The notes below the pieces were generated by a model, which saw only the letters and a list, made by a program, of their open reading frames with translations, was not told the DNA's origin and searched no databases. The position numbers and the translations under genes are program-made. DNA of 64,000 bases from assembly GCF_009914755.1 (NCBI RefSeq), contig NC_060930.1; one strand, given 5' to 3'. Source of the DNA: the human T2T-CHM13v2.0 reference genome, Homo sapiens. Shown here piece by piece: positions 1 to 20,430 of this stretch; positions within the stretch are counted from its first letter, which is position 1; each line of letters opens with the position of its first letter.

Positions 1-418
1 CTCACTTTTGTCATCTGTCTTCAAAGGATTTATAATAAGGTCTACTAAATTTATTTTCCAATATCAACCACTCTCTCCTCTATCCTAGTGAATCCAAAGC
101 AACCAATGCAAACAATCACATCTTAGTGGCACAACTATTAAGAACATAGCTCAAATGGCAGGCAGCTGATGCACTTCAATAAACAGTCTAATTCTGCCAT
201 TTGGAGGGCAACGCTTGTTATTGTATTAAAATAGGCAAAAAGTAGATCTAAATTAAGGACAACAGGCAGAGATTATTATTTTAAAAAGTGAACTTGGAAG
301 GATATAAAATCAAATTGAACATCATATGTATTAGAAACTCTCCTCCCTTTAGAAGAAATGGTGCAGCCTGTAAACACAACTACGTACCGAAGTAAACTTG
401 CTTAATCCTCTGGTTGAA

Positions 419-790
<372 letters not shown>

Positions 791-856
791 TAAGGACTTA
801 GTGTGGATTAATATTTTTGCGAGGACTTAAAGATAAATGCATATTACACATGTAGT

Positions 857-1029
857 TTTTATTTTTTTGAGACGAAGTTTTGCTTTTGTTGCCCAGGCTG
901 GAGTGCAATGGCGCCATCTTGGGTGACCACAACCTCCGCCTCCTGGGTTCAAGTGATTCTCCTGCCTCAGCCTCCTGAGTAGCTGGGATTACAGGCATGT
1001 GCCACCATGCCCAGCTCATTTTTGTGTGT

Positions 1030-1062
<33 letters not shown>

Positions 1063-1180
1063 TAGAGATGGGGTTTCTCCATGTTGGTCAGGCTGGTCTC
1101 GAACTGCCGACCTCAGGTGATTTGCCTGCCTTGGCCTCCCAAAGTGTTGGGATTACAGGCGTGAGCCACCACACACGGCC
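857..1180 (-). mobile_element. Alu (S-type) with expanded central A-rich linker; TSD TACACATGTAGTTTTTA
   Basis: Alu consensus; TSD at 845-861 and 1181-1197. Confidence 0.92.
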
Positions 1181-1427
1181 TACACATGTAGTTTTTAAAC
1201 TCCAACTTTTACTTTACTGCAATCTACCTTCCCAAACCTCCAACTTAAATGTCTTTAGCAACACACAAAAAAACTTCCTTCCCAGTTGGCCTCAGGTTTA
1301 TAGTCACTTTTCTATATTAATATTCTGAAGATTTTGTAAGAGCTTTATGCTACCAATGCTTTGCTATCTCCCAAACTGCACTGACTATTCAAGCTTCTCT
1401 GGTGCCTTAAGGTCTTATTAAAAAAAA

Positions 1428-1717
1428 TTTTTTTTGTAGTGATGGAGTCTCATGCTGTTGCCCAGGCTAGAATGCAGTGGCGTGATCATAGCACACTGCA
1501 GCCTTGAAATCCTGGGCTCAAGCAATCCTCCTGCCTCAGCCTGAGTAGTTGGGACTACAGGTGCCAGCCAACACATCCGGCTAATTTTAAAATTTTTTAT
1601 AGACACAGGGTCCCACTATGTTGCCCAGGCTGATCTTGAATCCCTAGGCTCAAGTGCTCCTCCTGCCTTGGCCTCCCAAAGTGTGGGGATGACAGGTGTG
1701 AGCCACTGCACCCGGCC
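1428..1717 (-). mobile_element. Alu (J-type)
   Basis: Diverged Alu; TSD TAAGGYCTTATT. Confidence 0.9.
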
Positions 1718-2578
1718 ATAAGGCCTTATTTTAAAGCAAATGTAAGTTCGATTATCAGCAAATCACCAATTTTCTGTGATATAATAATCTAAGGGCAAAG
1801 CAGTTTCCTTATAAGGCTAAACTGGTAAGAGTACAGGTTTCAAAAGAAAAGAATGGGCAGTAACGAAGTCCACTTATAAGCTGGGACTGCTCTGCAGCAG
1901 CTAAATAGTTTCCCTGTGGACACGCAGAGCAAATTCAGAATTAAAGGGGGTTGTAAACCCACCTGTTTGTTGGCTCTTTTGAGATAGCTACAAGCTCTCC
2001 TGTAACAGCACTAAGGTTTCCCCCAATTCTGGGAATTCTAGGTCCATATATTTAACACAAGGTGTAGGAGGGCCTGCCTAGGTTGGTCAGTCTGGTGAAC
2101 AAACTGGTTTCATGGATTCCAATAGGTTACATTTTAACACTATGAAAACACTGTGTTCTAAGTATTGCACAATTAAAACAAATTAACTAGAACAATTTAT
2201 GTAGTTCAGGTGTAGGTGGGGAAAGATGAATAACACTAAAAACTACCACAAATAAAAATGAAAAGTAAATTAAAAACTAGACAAGTGTATGAAGCAAAAA
2301 ATAAATTATCTCTAGTATATAACGAGTCCTGACCAAGTCATCAAATACGGAAGCACTCCAACAGAAAGCTGGACAATTTACATAAATAATCAAAAAATGC
2401 AAATACCTATGAAAAGTTTATGACCTCACCAGTAATCCAATATGCAAATTATAACGATATTCCTGTGGGGAGGGGGCAGGGCACAAACTAGCGATTCATA
2501 ATAGGCCTGTTCATACATTGGTGTATACAGAAAAACAGTCCAACCATTCTGCTAGTTGTCCAGATAAGTTAGGCAATA

Positions 2579-2969
<391 letters not shown>

Positions 2970-3384
2970 TGAAAGCCTGTGTAATACATCATGCCATTGC
3001 CTTAATAAGAGCTTATATTTCTAAGTCTTCTGAATTTTGCACGTACCGTGCATTTATAATTTGAGAAAAACAACCACCCCTGACAAATCTTCTGGAAGAA
3101 AGTGCTATTGGATGTAGGGAAAAACAATTAAAAAAAAAATGCTGAAAAACAGTATTCCAAAAATGTTAATTTGGCTGTTAATTCTACCCCACTCCCAATT
3201 TAAAACTAGAAGCAAAACTATGAACCCCACAAAATGGCAAGTGTGCAATTTGTACACTTTCATTGCATATTTAAATTAAAAAAGCATACTCAACCAATCT
3301 TTTCCTCCTTTTACTCAGGGCAGAGCAATTTGGACAACAAATGAACAGAGATTTTTGGAAACATGTAGGTTATTAAATAATTTG

Positions 3385-3390
3385 TTTATT
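3385..3390 (-). terminator. Distal polyadenylation signal AATAAA (second AATAAA at 3455-3460)
   Basis: TTTATT on +; upstream UGUA and downstream U/GU-rich TCTCTGTTCATTTGTTGT on the minus strand. Confidence 0.82.
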
Positions 3391-5180
3391 GTACGGCATT
3401 TACAAAGAAAACAGACAATGCCCTCAGTAGAAAGAATAAAAATGTATTTAGGGCTTTATTTTTAACTGACAGCAAATAGAAATCCTTTAGTGAGATCGTG
3501 GCAATTTGACAGTATTATAATTAAGCTCAATAAAGGTACATGGGGTACCTGGAAGATCAAGATCTACAGCTGCCTATTTCCACATCTTTCAATCCATCTG
3601 GCTCCTTAAATAGGGGAAAAAGCCCTTATTTGGTGGAGAAGCATTTCCAAAATGAAGTTACAGGTTCTATTAAAACTTACTGTCACATCAACTGTTAAAA
3701 TAGGGCCTTTTGTGTTTTGTTATTTCACCTTAATATCACCAGAATTCCTGTAATTCCACAATTGTGATTTTACTATGTAGAAGATAATTCAGTTCTAGTC
3801 TATTGCTTTAGATGTAAAAACAGCTGAAAACCCAAAGTGGATTAGAATTGCTGAAGGATTTCCCTGCCGTTGTTTGATACAATCTATTCTCTTGATTCTT
3901 GATAGGTGCATAGAAAGCCTAACTTAAAATTCTTTCTACAGGAACATGTCTGATTTCAGGAGTACCCAATGAAGGATCCGATGAATGGCTGGCCAGTTAC
4001 TCAGAGTAATATGTTTATGAGTTAAATGGATTGCATAACGGCACCACTTTTCCTTTGTCACTGTGGTGGATAAATGACAAAGTAGATTCCAATCTCCTGT
4101 ATAGAAAGGTGGTTACCCAATAGCCTCACTGGTGGCTTGCTAGCAGAGCCTCAAGTTGCACCTCTGTGGCTTTCTGTAAATTCGAGTCCTACAGCCACTT
4201 CGAGAACGCTGCAATCCCCAAGGCCCACTTGGTCCATGCTGAAGAAGCGGCTGTGACCCCAATCCTGCCTCTCTTTTGCTCTTCAGTATTACTTACTGGA
4301 GGAATATGTAATATTCTAGGTCAAGTCTAGGAGAGGCTCATCCTAAAAAAAAAATTGCAAAGTCTTTTCTCAATTAAAACAAAAAAGCCTCAAGTACATC
4401 TCAATCATGTCAAAATTATGGTTAAAAATTGACATTATGTAGGGAAATAGCAGCAGAGAATGGCTAATCTTAAAAAATAACGAACCAACCAACCAAAAAA
4501 CAAAACAAAACAAGACCAACAAAAAAAAGTGCCATCCCACCCCTCCCCTTGGTTCTTTCATTTGGGGTTATATTAAAGACTCGAGCCTCTGAGAAAATCA
4601 GAAAGGCAAAGCCATAGAGGAAAACTGCTTCAAGGCCAGAATTTTGGGTAAGGTAAAGAAAAAGCTGTACATGAAAGCAGGGGACTGTTTGGAAAAGAAT
4701 CAGAATCTCAAGATCTATTTTTCTTAAATGGGAAAGCTCTGAAACCCAGATCTCCGTTCTACCATCATCCTGATCCTTTAGTTATGGGGCAATAAACTCA
4801 AGTGCAATGAGTAAAGTGCCAGCCATGGATACAAAAACAAAAAATAAAACAAAACAACCAACCAAAATAACTCTGGTCTTAGGGTAATAGAAGACATACA
4901 GGAAAGGACTGTTTATAGAACACCTGAGGTTCTCAAGAAATTACTATTCAATGGTTCTGTTTTTGCTTACATTAAAAATCAGACTGAAGATTCAAAGATC
5001 TTAACTATTAAAGGATGAAAGGAATTTGACAGTGCTTTGAACAGTGATAAAATGGTACCCAAATTTGGTGTTCATATAGCTATTTAAAAAAGACAGTAGC
5101 TTAAAAGTTGCAGGAAAAAATGTGAACACAGAGAACAACAGAAACAGTCCAGGAAGATGATGCAGCCCGGACACAGCAAG

Positions 5181-5186
5181 TTTAAT
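5181..5186 (-). terminator. Candidate proximal polyadenylation signal ATTAAA
   Basis: UGUA about 10 nt upstream and GU/U-rich tract CTGTTTCTGTTGTTCTCTGTGTT downstream. Confidence 0.55.
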
Positions 5187-5635
5187 GTCTCTGCTGTACA
5201 TAGAATTAAGACCCTTTCCCCCTCCTCATCCTTATGCTGGCAATAGGATATGCACTAGAAAATTTGACTCTTAGAGTCAATGAATAAAAGGATGGGCTCA
5301 TACACCTTCATAGCTCTTTTCAAAAAGGATGCTTATAATTTAAAGGATGTCCTAATGGGAAGGAAAGGTACAGGGCAAGAGGCTGTTTCACATTTTAGTC
5401 CATTAGTCTTTGGCAGAGCCCAACCAAGGCCAAATTCACCTAGGATGCCCAATGGCTGTGGGGATCTCCACAGGGTCAAGTAAGCAAACCCAAATGAACA
5501 TGTTGGATTAAAAAAAAAACAAGATCTAGAAACTCTTGAAGGAAGAGCTTCACCCTGAAAAGGGAAGAGGAAAATGCTTGAAGGGGAAGGGCGGAGGGTC
5601 AGTGTGTGATCTCTGCTGTGGTGCTGGGCAGGGGC

Positions 5636-5911
<276 letters not shown>

Positions 5912-6359
5912 CTATGAGGAATCAAATTTTGCAATCAGAATCTAATCCTTCATTCACAAAGCATTTCTTTTCTGACATATGCCTCAGAAAGAAGTGCCTC
6001 TATTCTTCATACGGCTCCAAAAATTTAAGGTAATTTGTTTTCTCCCCTATTCTAGGATTTTTTTGGTCCCAGTCAAACTGGGTGTGACAATCAAGAAGTA
6101 GGTATTTACTACTAAAATAAACATGAAATGCCTATGTCTTCAACATGGTCTTATATGGTGTGCAGAGACACTCTAGTACCACATACCGAGAATAATTTGC
6201 TTATACTCTTTTTTTGTGTATGTGCTCAATAGTTTAGTAAATGTTGCTTTACAGTGAGGCAGTAAAGTTAAAACATCATGTCAAGCATGGATAAAAGCAA
6301 CAAAAAAAACCCCAAATCCTACACAGTTTTCAGATACAACAGCTTCATATACTCTATAC

Positions 6360-6692
6360 CAGGGGTCCCCAACTCTATACCAATACCCCCTATGGTACCA
6401 GTCTGCGGTCTGTCAGGTCTGCACAGCAGCAGGTCAGTGGTGGGCCAGCAAGCATTACTGCCTAAGCTCCACCTCCTGTCAGCTCAGTGGCTGCATTAGA
6501 TTCTCACAGGAGCGTGAATCCTACTGTGAACTGCAGTAGGGATCTAGGTTGCATGTTCCATAAAAGAACCTAATGCCTGACAATCTGAGGTGACACAGTT
6601 TTATCTCCAAACCACCCCCCAACCCCCCCATCCATTGAAAAACTGTCTTCCACAAAACCAGTCCCTGGTGCCAAAAAGATTGGGGACCGCTG
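6360..6692 (+). mobile_element. MER1B-like hAT-Charlie DNA transposon
   Basis: TIRs CAGGGGTCCCCAA / TTGGGGACCGCTG; 8-bp TSD CTCTATAC/CTCTACAC; internal match to MER1B consensus from memory. Confidence 0.88.
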
Positions 6693-6798
6693 CTCTACAC
6701 TATACTGGAGTATCAACCTAATTGCTTCTTTGAAGTGACAACTTTTTAAAAGATAGTCAATTATTAATAGCTAAGGCAAATGCTGCTTTAAAATTTTA

Positions 6799-7124
<326 letters not shown>

Positions 7125-7744
7125 TTAAACATAAAAATTTTAAGTCTCTTTTGTGAGCAGTGAGTGCCTATTTGATTACCTACCTGGTAAACACACATGC
7201 CTTAATCTGACTGCACATGAGGAGGAACTCTTATGAAACATTTTACAATTTTCCCACCTAAAAAGAGGTTTAAGAAAGGGTAATGTTTCTGAGGATGGCT
7301 CCTGCCAAGGATTGAGAAAAGTCATTTTTCTCAGCACTTCTGTAGAAGTTGTGAGGAAAAAGGGAACCATGGCACAATGGGGGTAGAAAAACCAGACCAT
7401 TTCCTAGATGCTTCTAGGTCAGGTTTTCACATTTCAGGTTTTTTTTGCAATGCTTAAGAAATATATTATCAAGTCAAAAATTGGAAGTTTTGTTTTTGTG
7501 GTTTTTTTTGTAATAACAAATACATAAAACTAAAAAGTGTGAAGTTCGTTTGTATGACTAATGTACTTCGAGTGACTGTGTTAGGTGTCACTGGGATGCA
7601 AAGATGAGTGAGATGTAGTCCCTGCCCTTATGTAAGAAGCTTAAATTACCTGCCCTTTGGTAGAGGCAGTTCTTAGACCAAACGCCAACAAAAAATTTGC
7701 CCATTTTTCAGAAGTGCTATAGAAGTAATCAACCAACTGCATGC

Positions 7745-7895
7745 AGGCACTATACATATTAACTGTTAGTAAGAAGTATACTTTATTATTATCTCCATTA
7801 AGAAATCAGCAAACTGAGGCACAGTTAGATCCTGTCAAAGGTCACATGGCTAGTGGAGTAGCCAGGATTTGACAGTCTGGCTCCAGTCTCTGCTC
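7745..7895 (+). mobile_element. MIR fragment (interrupted by two Alus)
   Basis: Core AAACTGAGGCACAG...AAGGTCACATGGCTAGT...GCCAGGATTTG. Confidence 0.7.
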
Positions 7896-8499
<604 letters not shown>

Positions 8500-8668
8500 C
8501 AGTCTCTGCTCTTGACCACTTTTTTTACCTCTTTTTTATCTCTTTGCTAAGTCACAGGTTAGCATTCAAGGCAGGCCCATCATTCTGTAGGACATTGGGA
8601 ATATGTGCTTACCTCTTCATTTTTAAACACTTCTGCCTCCTTAATGTCTGGGAACACATTTACTTTAC

Positions 8669-8761
8669 CTTTTTTGGTGAAAAATTCCTTGGAATATTTT
8701 CCTGCCACAATGAGCTTGCGAGGCACCTTCCCCAGAAGTTCTATGATCAATGCAATGTGAT
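8669..8761 (-). CDS. SRPK1: SRPK1 exon 15 (93 nt): HIALIIELLGKVPRKLIVAGKYSKEFFTKK
   Basis: Acceptor ATACAG|ATC, donor AAG|GTAAAG. Confidence 0.96.
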
Positions 8762-9023
8762 CTGTATATTTCAAACATTTCAAGAGGGGGGAAAAAAAAG
8801 ATCCGTAACAAGAGTAACAAATGCAGCTCTAGAAAACAGCAGAAGGAGCAGCATGCACATCTCTTTGTAAAGCCTATCAGGCTTACTTTCTATCCTAAAT
8901 GGGAAGAGGAAGACTCTATCCATCTAATGGAGAATTCACAAAGTCAAATTTTTGTGGATTCAGTGATAACTAAAAACAATCTTGGTGTGAATGCTCTGCT
9001 TCCTGAAGTATCCCTGGGTCCTA

Positions 9024-9185
<162 letters not shown>

Positions 9186-9449
9186 CTATGAATAGCTTTT
9201 TCAAGGACTAGCTGTTTAAAAGTAACTACAAATAAAACCAAGGATACTGAAGGAAGACTGACTGGGAAGGCCAAGAATTATTTCAGGTGGTTGGTCACCC
9301 GATAGTGTCTGGCAAGTCCCATTCTGGATTTTGGAGGCTTATCTTCATCTTTAGTTCTATTTTGTCTATATATCTAGGTTCAGGTAGGTTCTTTAGGTAA
9401 GATAAAAAACTGTCCAAATATGTGTTAGGCATTCTAGAACTATTATTTG

Positions 9450-9645
9450 TGATCATTCTGTCTCAGCCTCCCCAGTGGCTGGGATTTCAGGCATGTGCCA
9501 CCACACCTGGCTGACTTAAAACATTTTTTGTAGAGATGAGGTCTTGGCATACTGCCAAGCTGGTCTCAAACTCCTGGGCTCAAGCAATCCTCCTGCCTTG
9601 GCCTCCCGAAGTGTTGGGATTACAGGCCTGAGCCACCACCTGGCT
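9450..9645 (-). mobile_element. Partial Alu (J-type)
   Basis: Left arm plus part of right arm. Confidence 0.85.
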
Positions 9646-9787
9646 GATACCCCATTTTAAAGATGAGAAAATAGAACTTCAAAAAGCATGAATGGCCTAA
9701 CTTGAAACTTCAGGGCTAATATGAGCTAAAACTCAGATGAAAACCAATGATCTTATGTCTTGTCTAAAGCTTTTAATTTCTTCCTAA

Positions 9788-10437
<650 letters not shown>

Positions 10438-11754
10438 CATAATACTCCTGGCCAGAAAAAAAGCTTTAGAAAATACTTTTATCGTGTAGTTACAGAATCA
10501 TTAAGGTTTAAACTTCCAGTTATGTATCTTATAGGGGAAATAACATGCTAGAGACGTCCATATTATCTGGGAATTTGTGAAGGTTTCAGGTTTTATCTTT
10601 CTCATGTAAAGGAGTTAGTGGTGTCATTTAAAGGGGACTTCACATTTATGACTTCCCTACAACCTTTGAGCAGTTTTGACTGAATTTATGGTTTGGTAAC
10701 AAGTACCTGCATGCCAAGAATTTTCTGCTGGTTTTTGGCAGGACCTGCAAATGTGTTTTTACCATTAACAATAACAAAAATAAGAATACTAAGGAAAAAC
10801 TTAGACTATAATTTCTAAGAGAGCTTCTTAAAGTTCTTAGAAACTTAAGTAAACTTCCAAGTAAAATATTGGTCCTTTAAATATTTTTCCTATACCAAGG
10901 AATTCCCTTGAAATTGTTACTTTACACTTAATTCTTGCAACCTATTTTGGCTTATGATAGGATTGATATACTTGACAGATAAAATTATCAGGTATTATCC
11001 CATGAGTTAGGGCTGTGGAAAGCCAGAGTAGAGGACATGGTACTCAGGCTTCTGTCCTACCACGACTCGTAACAAACTATGCACACACTAGTCAGGGGTA
11101 AGGGTTTGCTTGTTCCTGCTCTTATAGGTCAAACTGCAGCAGAACAGCATCGGTGGGGCTGATGTTTGACCTAAGGACTATTAGTACTAACTGGTATAGG
11201 ATGGAATAAATTAGAATTTAAACATCTAGGGAAGATGGTTTTTCCTTGTCCCCTTATTTGGGACTCTGCATATGTATTAAAATTTTCAGGTTTGGTAGCA
11301 TAAGGTAACACCCGATATAATTCTAGCCACTATATGTGTTCTGTACCACACACTACCATTTATGGAGAATCTAGGGAAGTAAAGGGGAAAAAAATTAATT
11401 ACCCTCCCAAACAAACATAGTAGGTAGTCTCTAGGCCTATAATCCCAAACACTGTAAGCCTATAACCCTAAACCTATAACCCAGAAAAATAGCAAGCAGA
11501 GAGTAGGTAAAATCAAGTAGTAATTATAGTATCCTCTAACATGGGGCTTATATATACAAAATATGTCCAAACTCTACCCACTTAAATAGGCATTCATGGG
11601 AATTACATAGCATAGCATTTTCCAAATGGTATTCATTAGGAATATTAGCAGGTCCTACTAACATTACCTATTAATATCCCAGAAGACCACATTTTGAGAA
11701 ACAAAGAGCACTCTTGGTTCCATACAGCATGAAATATGCATTCCCAAAGATTCA

Positions 11755-12213
<459 letters not shown>

Positions 12214-12866
12214 TCAAATTATTAACTCATTTAGTTATCTGGATGCCATCATAATAGAAAAATCAGACACACACAGTTGCTGCTTCCACAGTCTCTCAGA
12301 CAAAGTAACTGGCAGCCTAGGCTTTTCCCACTGGCTACCACAACATGTAAATCCATTCTACTTTGTTTTAAAATGGAATTCCAAAAAAGAAAAAATTAGT
12401 TTTATATTCAGAAAAGGGAAAAAAGAATGCTAAATTTTGGCAGAATTTATAGAAATAGGATATAGTCTCTGCATTCAAGTAGTGTGTGTATATTAAAATA
12501 ACTGACCTCTAAATAAATTTGGAGGCATAATTGAGCAACAGGTTGATGAGCAGGTAAAAAACTGGGTAAAGAATGAACCACTGATATATACAGAAAGGAA
12601 GATAACTAGATGTTGAAGAAAAAATTGTCCAGCACACAGAAGTTTTAGGTGAACTGTGGCCTTTTGACTCTGACAGAGCTCTTTAGTATCTTTCAGAAAA
12701 TATCTAAAAACCTAATATAAAATGTCTTTTATATTTCTAACTTTTCTGGGATTTACATGTTTTGCACACTAACAAGACTAAGGCTCTTCGGTACTAACAA
12801 ATGATGTTAGCTTAATGTGGAAAGTGTAAATACCACGCACACACATCCATGGTTAAGGGGACTCAC

Positions 12867-12936
12867 CTTCATCTCGAGTGTACTCTTCCCCTGAATGAGG
12901 TTCAAACAAATAGTCACCTGTGGCCAGTTCAAAGGC
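12867..12936 (-). CDS. SRPK1: SRPK1 exon 14 (70 nt): AFELATGDYLFEPHSGEEYTRDE
   Basis: Acceptor TTTTTTTTTTAG|GCC, donor AAG|GTGAGT; not in ORF track. Confidence 0.96.
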
Positions 12937-13265
12937 CTAAAAAAAAAAGAGGACAGTATATGAAAGCACAAAAGAAAAGAAGGCCTTTGGAAAGCTGATT
13001 GCTATTTGGCTCAATATGAAGTAACTCTTGTTCCCTTGGGAAAACTTATAGATCATTTAAAAAAAAAAAAAAACAAAAACTTAAGATTATTCCTAAAGCA
13101 TTCCTTCCACATCCCTATCTTAATAAAATGGAGAAAACAGCAAAGACTCAGTAAATACTAACATGTGGGTTATTTCATGCCCAAACCTCCCCACCCTAAA
13201 CCCTAGCAATTCAGCCCTCCTGAGTTTCCCTTTTTTGGCCGGAAAGGGGCATACCTGGATATTAA

Positions 13266-14633
<1,368 letters not shown>

Positions 14634-15282
14634 CAACAGCAGTTTTAAAAAATGACCTTATTGATAGGGAAGCACAGTTATAAAATAAGCGCTAGTCATA
14701 GGTCAATTTTGATTAAATCAATGGTACTAAGCAGTCCAAACAACCTCAAGAACTGTAGAGTCCAGGACTTAGTTGGGGCATATTCTCAATTTAGACCCAA
14801 GTTTAGGTCCTGGTGGCTCACCAGTGTCAGTTTCTGCAGTTTCATGACAGAACAGCCTTTCTCAAAACTGTACTACCGTCCAGAGGGAGACCACAAAACC
14901 AGAAGTTTCAGGATAGGTTTAGGAATCAAATACTATCTCTAAATGTCAGCAGTGCTATGGCTTCTTGCTTGGCATTGCTTATTTTACATTTCAGTTGTTT
15001 ATTAAGAAACTGAACCACAGTGATAGAGCAGATACTTGTTCTACCCTGAGTTGTTCCGAGGTTTATAGTCCCAAAGCAACAGAGAAACAAATCATGATTC
15101 TTGTTCACCAAAACTTGTCAATCATTCCTGATACCAGTACTTTAAAAAAAAATCTCATGGTCTCATATATAGAGTTCAGTAAAAATACTGAAATTAAAGT
15201 TAAAAAAAACAAAAAACAAAAAACACAGAGCCAGCCGCGGCAGTGCTATACGCCTGTGGTCCCAGCTATTCAGGAGGCTAGA

Positions 15283-15770
15283 AAATGAAATACTCTTCAG
15301 TGCTAAAAAGAAATGAGCTATTAAGCCGTGAAGATATGGAGGAACCTTAAATGCATATTACTAAGTGAAAGAACCTAATCTAAAAAGGCTACATACTGTA
15401 TGATTCCAACTATTTGACATTATGGAGACAATAAAAATATCAGTGGTTGCCAGCGAGTGGGGGACGGGAGGGATGAATAGGCAGAGCACAGAGGAGTTTT
15501 AGAGCAGTGAAACGATATTGTATATAATAATGATAGATACATTTGTCAAAACTTCTAAAAGAGTGAAATGAAATGTAAACTACTGACTTTGGTTAATAAT
15601 GATGTGCCAATGTAGGTTCATTGTTTGTAACAAATGTATCACTCTGGAGCAGCAGATCGACAGTTGGGGAGGCTCTGTGTGTGGGGAGCATATAAAACTT
15701 ATTTGTACTTTTTGTTCAATTTTTCTGTGAACCTAAAACTGCTCTAAAAAATAAAGTCTATTAAGAAACA
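15283..15770 (+). mobile_element. Old L1M (MB/MC-type) 3' end
   Basis: AAATGCATATTACTAAGTGAAAGAA...CATACTGTATGATTCC...TGTGAACCTAAAACTGCTCTAAAAAATAAAG. Confidence 0.8.
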
Positions 15771-16474
15771 AACCCAAATAAAACCAGTGTACCATCCTTT
15801 GTTAACCTTCTCTAGACTATTGCCTTTGAGAAGAATGGCTTAGAAGATAGCATGAAATGCATGGAAAAGTTAAAACAATGACAATTTAAACAGACTAATT
15901 ACATTCAGATCCAGAAGTAAATTGCAAACTCCAGGTAGCAGAAAGGAATACTGACACAGCTTGAGGGGCAATCTAGCATTTCATAAGCAATATGGTTGTG
16001 TGTGGTCAGAATGCCAAGGAGTGATTACCAAACAGAAAATGAGGAGTTTCAGGTAAGAGCTGTTTCTATAAAGTAACATGTCCATCATCTGTATCAATGG
16101 GCTGGCCAATGGCTGTCTCAAAGTGAGGAAGACAAGTCAGAGTCCTGATGCTTGGCCTTCTGCAGAGATGCAGGTGTGCTCAATGTATTAACTTAAGGGC
16201 CCTTATCTTGACCCCAGGTTTGACCACATTAAGAAAGGCTGAAGTGCTGGAAATGTTATTTTAGAAAAAAGGAATTAACAGATGATTCAAATTTCCTGTC
16301 TTCAACAATCCATACCAAAGGGAAGTAAAATTCCAGAGCAGGGCTGGAGGCTGGAACAATAAAGTCTGTTTTAAATTTAAAAGGTTGCCAAAGAATAGGG
16401 GAAAAGGGAAACACGGAGTTTTTCTTCAATGGTATATAGAGTTTCAGTTTAGAAAGATAAAAAATTTCTAAAGA

Positions 16475-16902
<428 letters not shown>

Positions 16903-16907
16903 GACTA

Positions 16908-20430
<3,523 letters not shown>

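Larger units (their letters stand above)
3366..5635 (-). other. SRPK1: SRPK1 3' UTR (about 2.3 kb, no recognisable interspersed repeats); end approximate
   Basis: Unique sequence from the stop codon to the distal AATAAA. Confidence 0.85.

Noticed and set aside
11433-11485. Three short CCTATAAYCC repeats
   Set aside because: Short irregular slippage repeat; no repeat-spacer array structure
12851-12866. CCTTAAC (U12 branch-like) right after the exon 14 donor
   Set aside because: Donor is standard GTGAGT and the motif is at the wrong end of the intron
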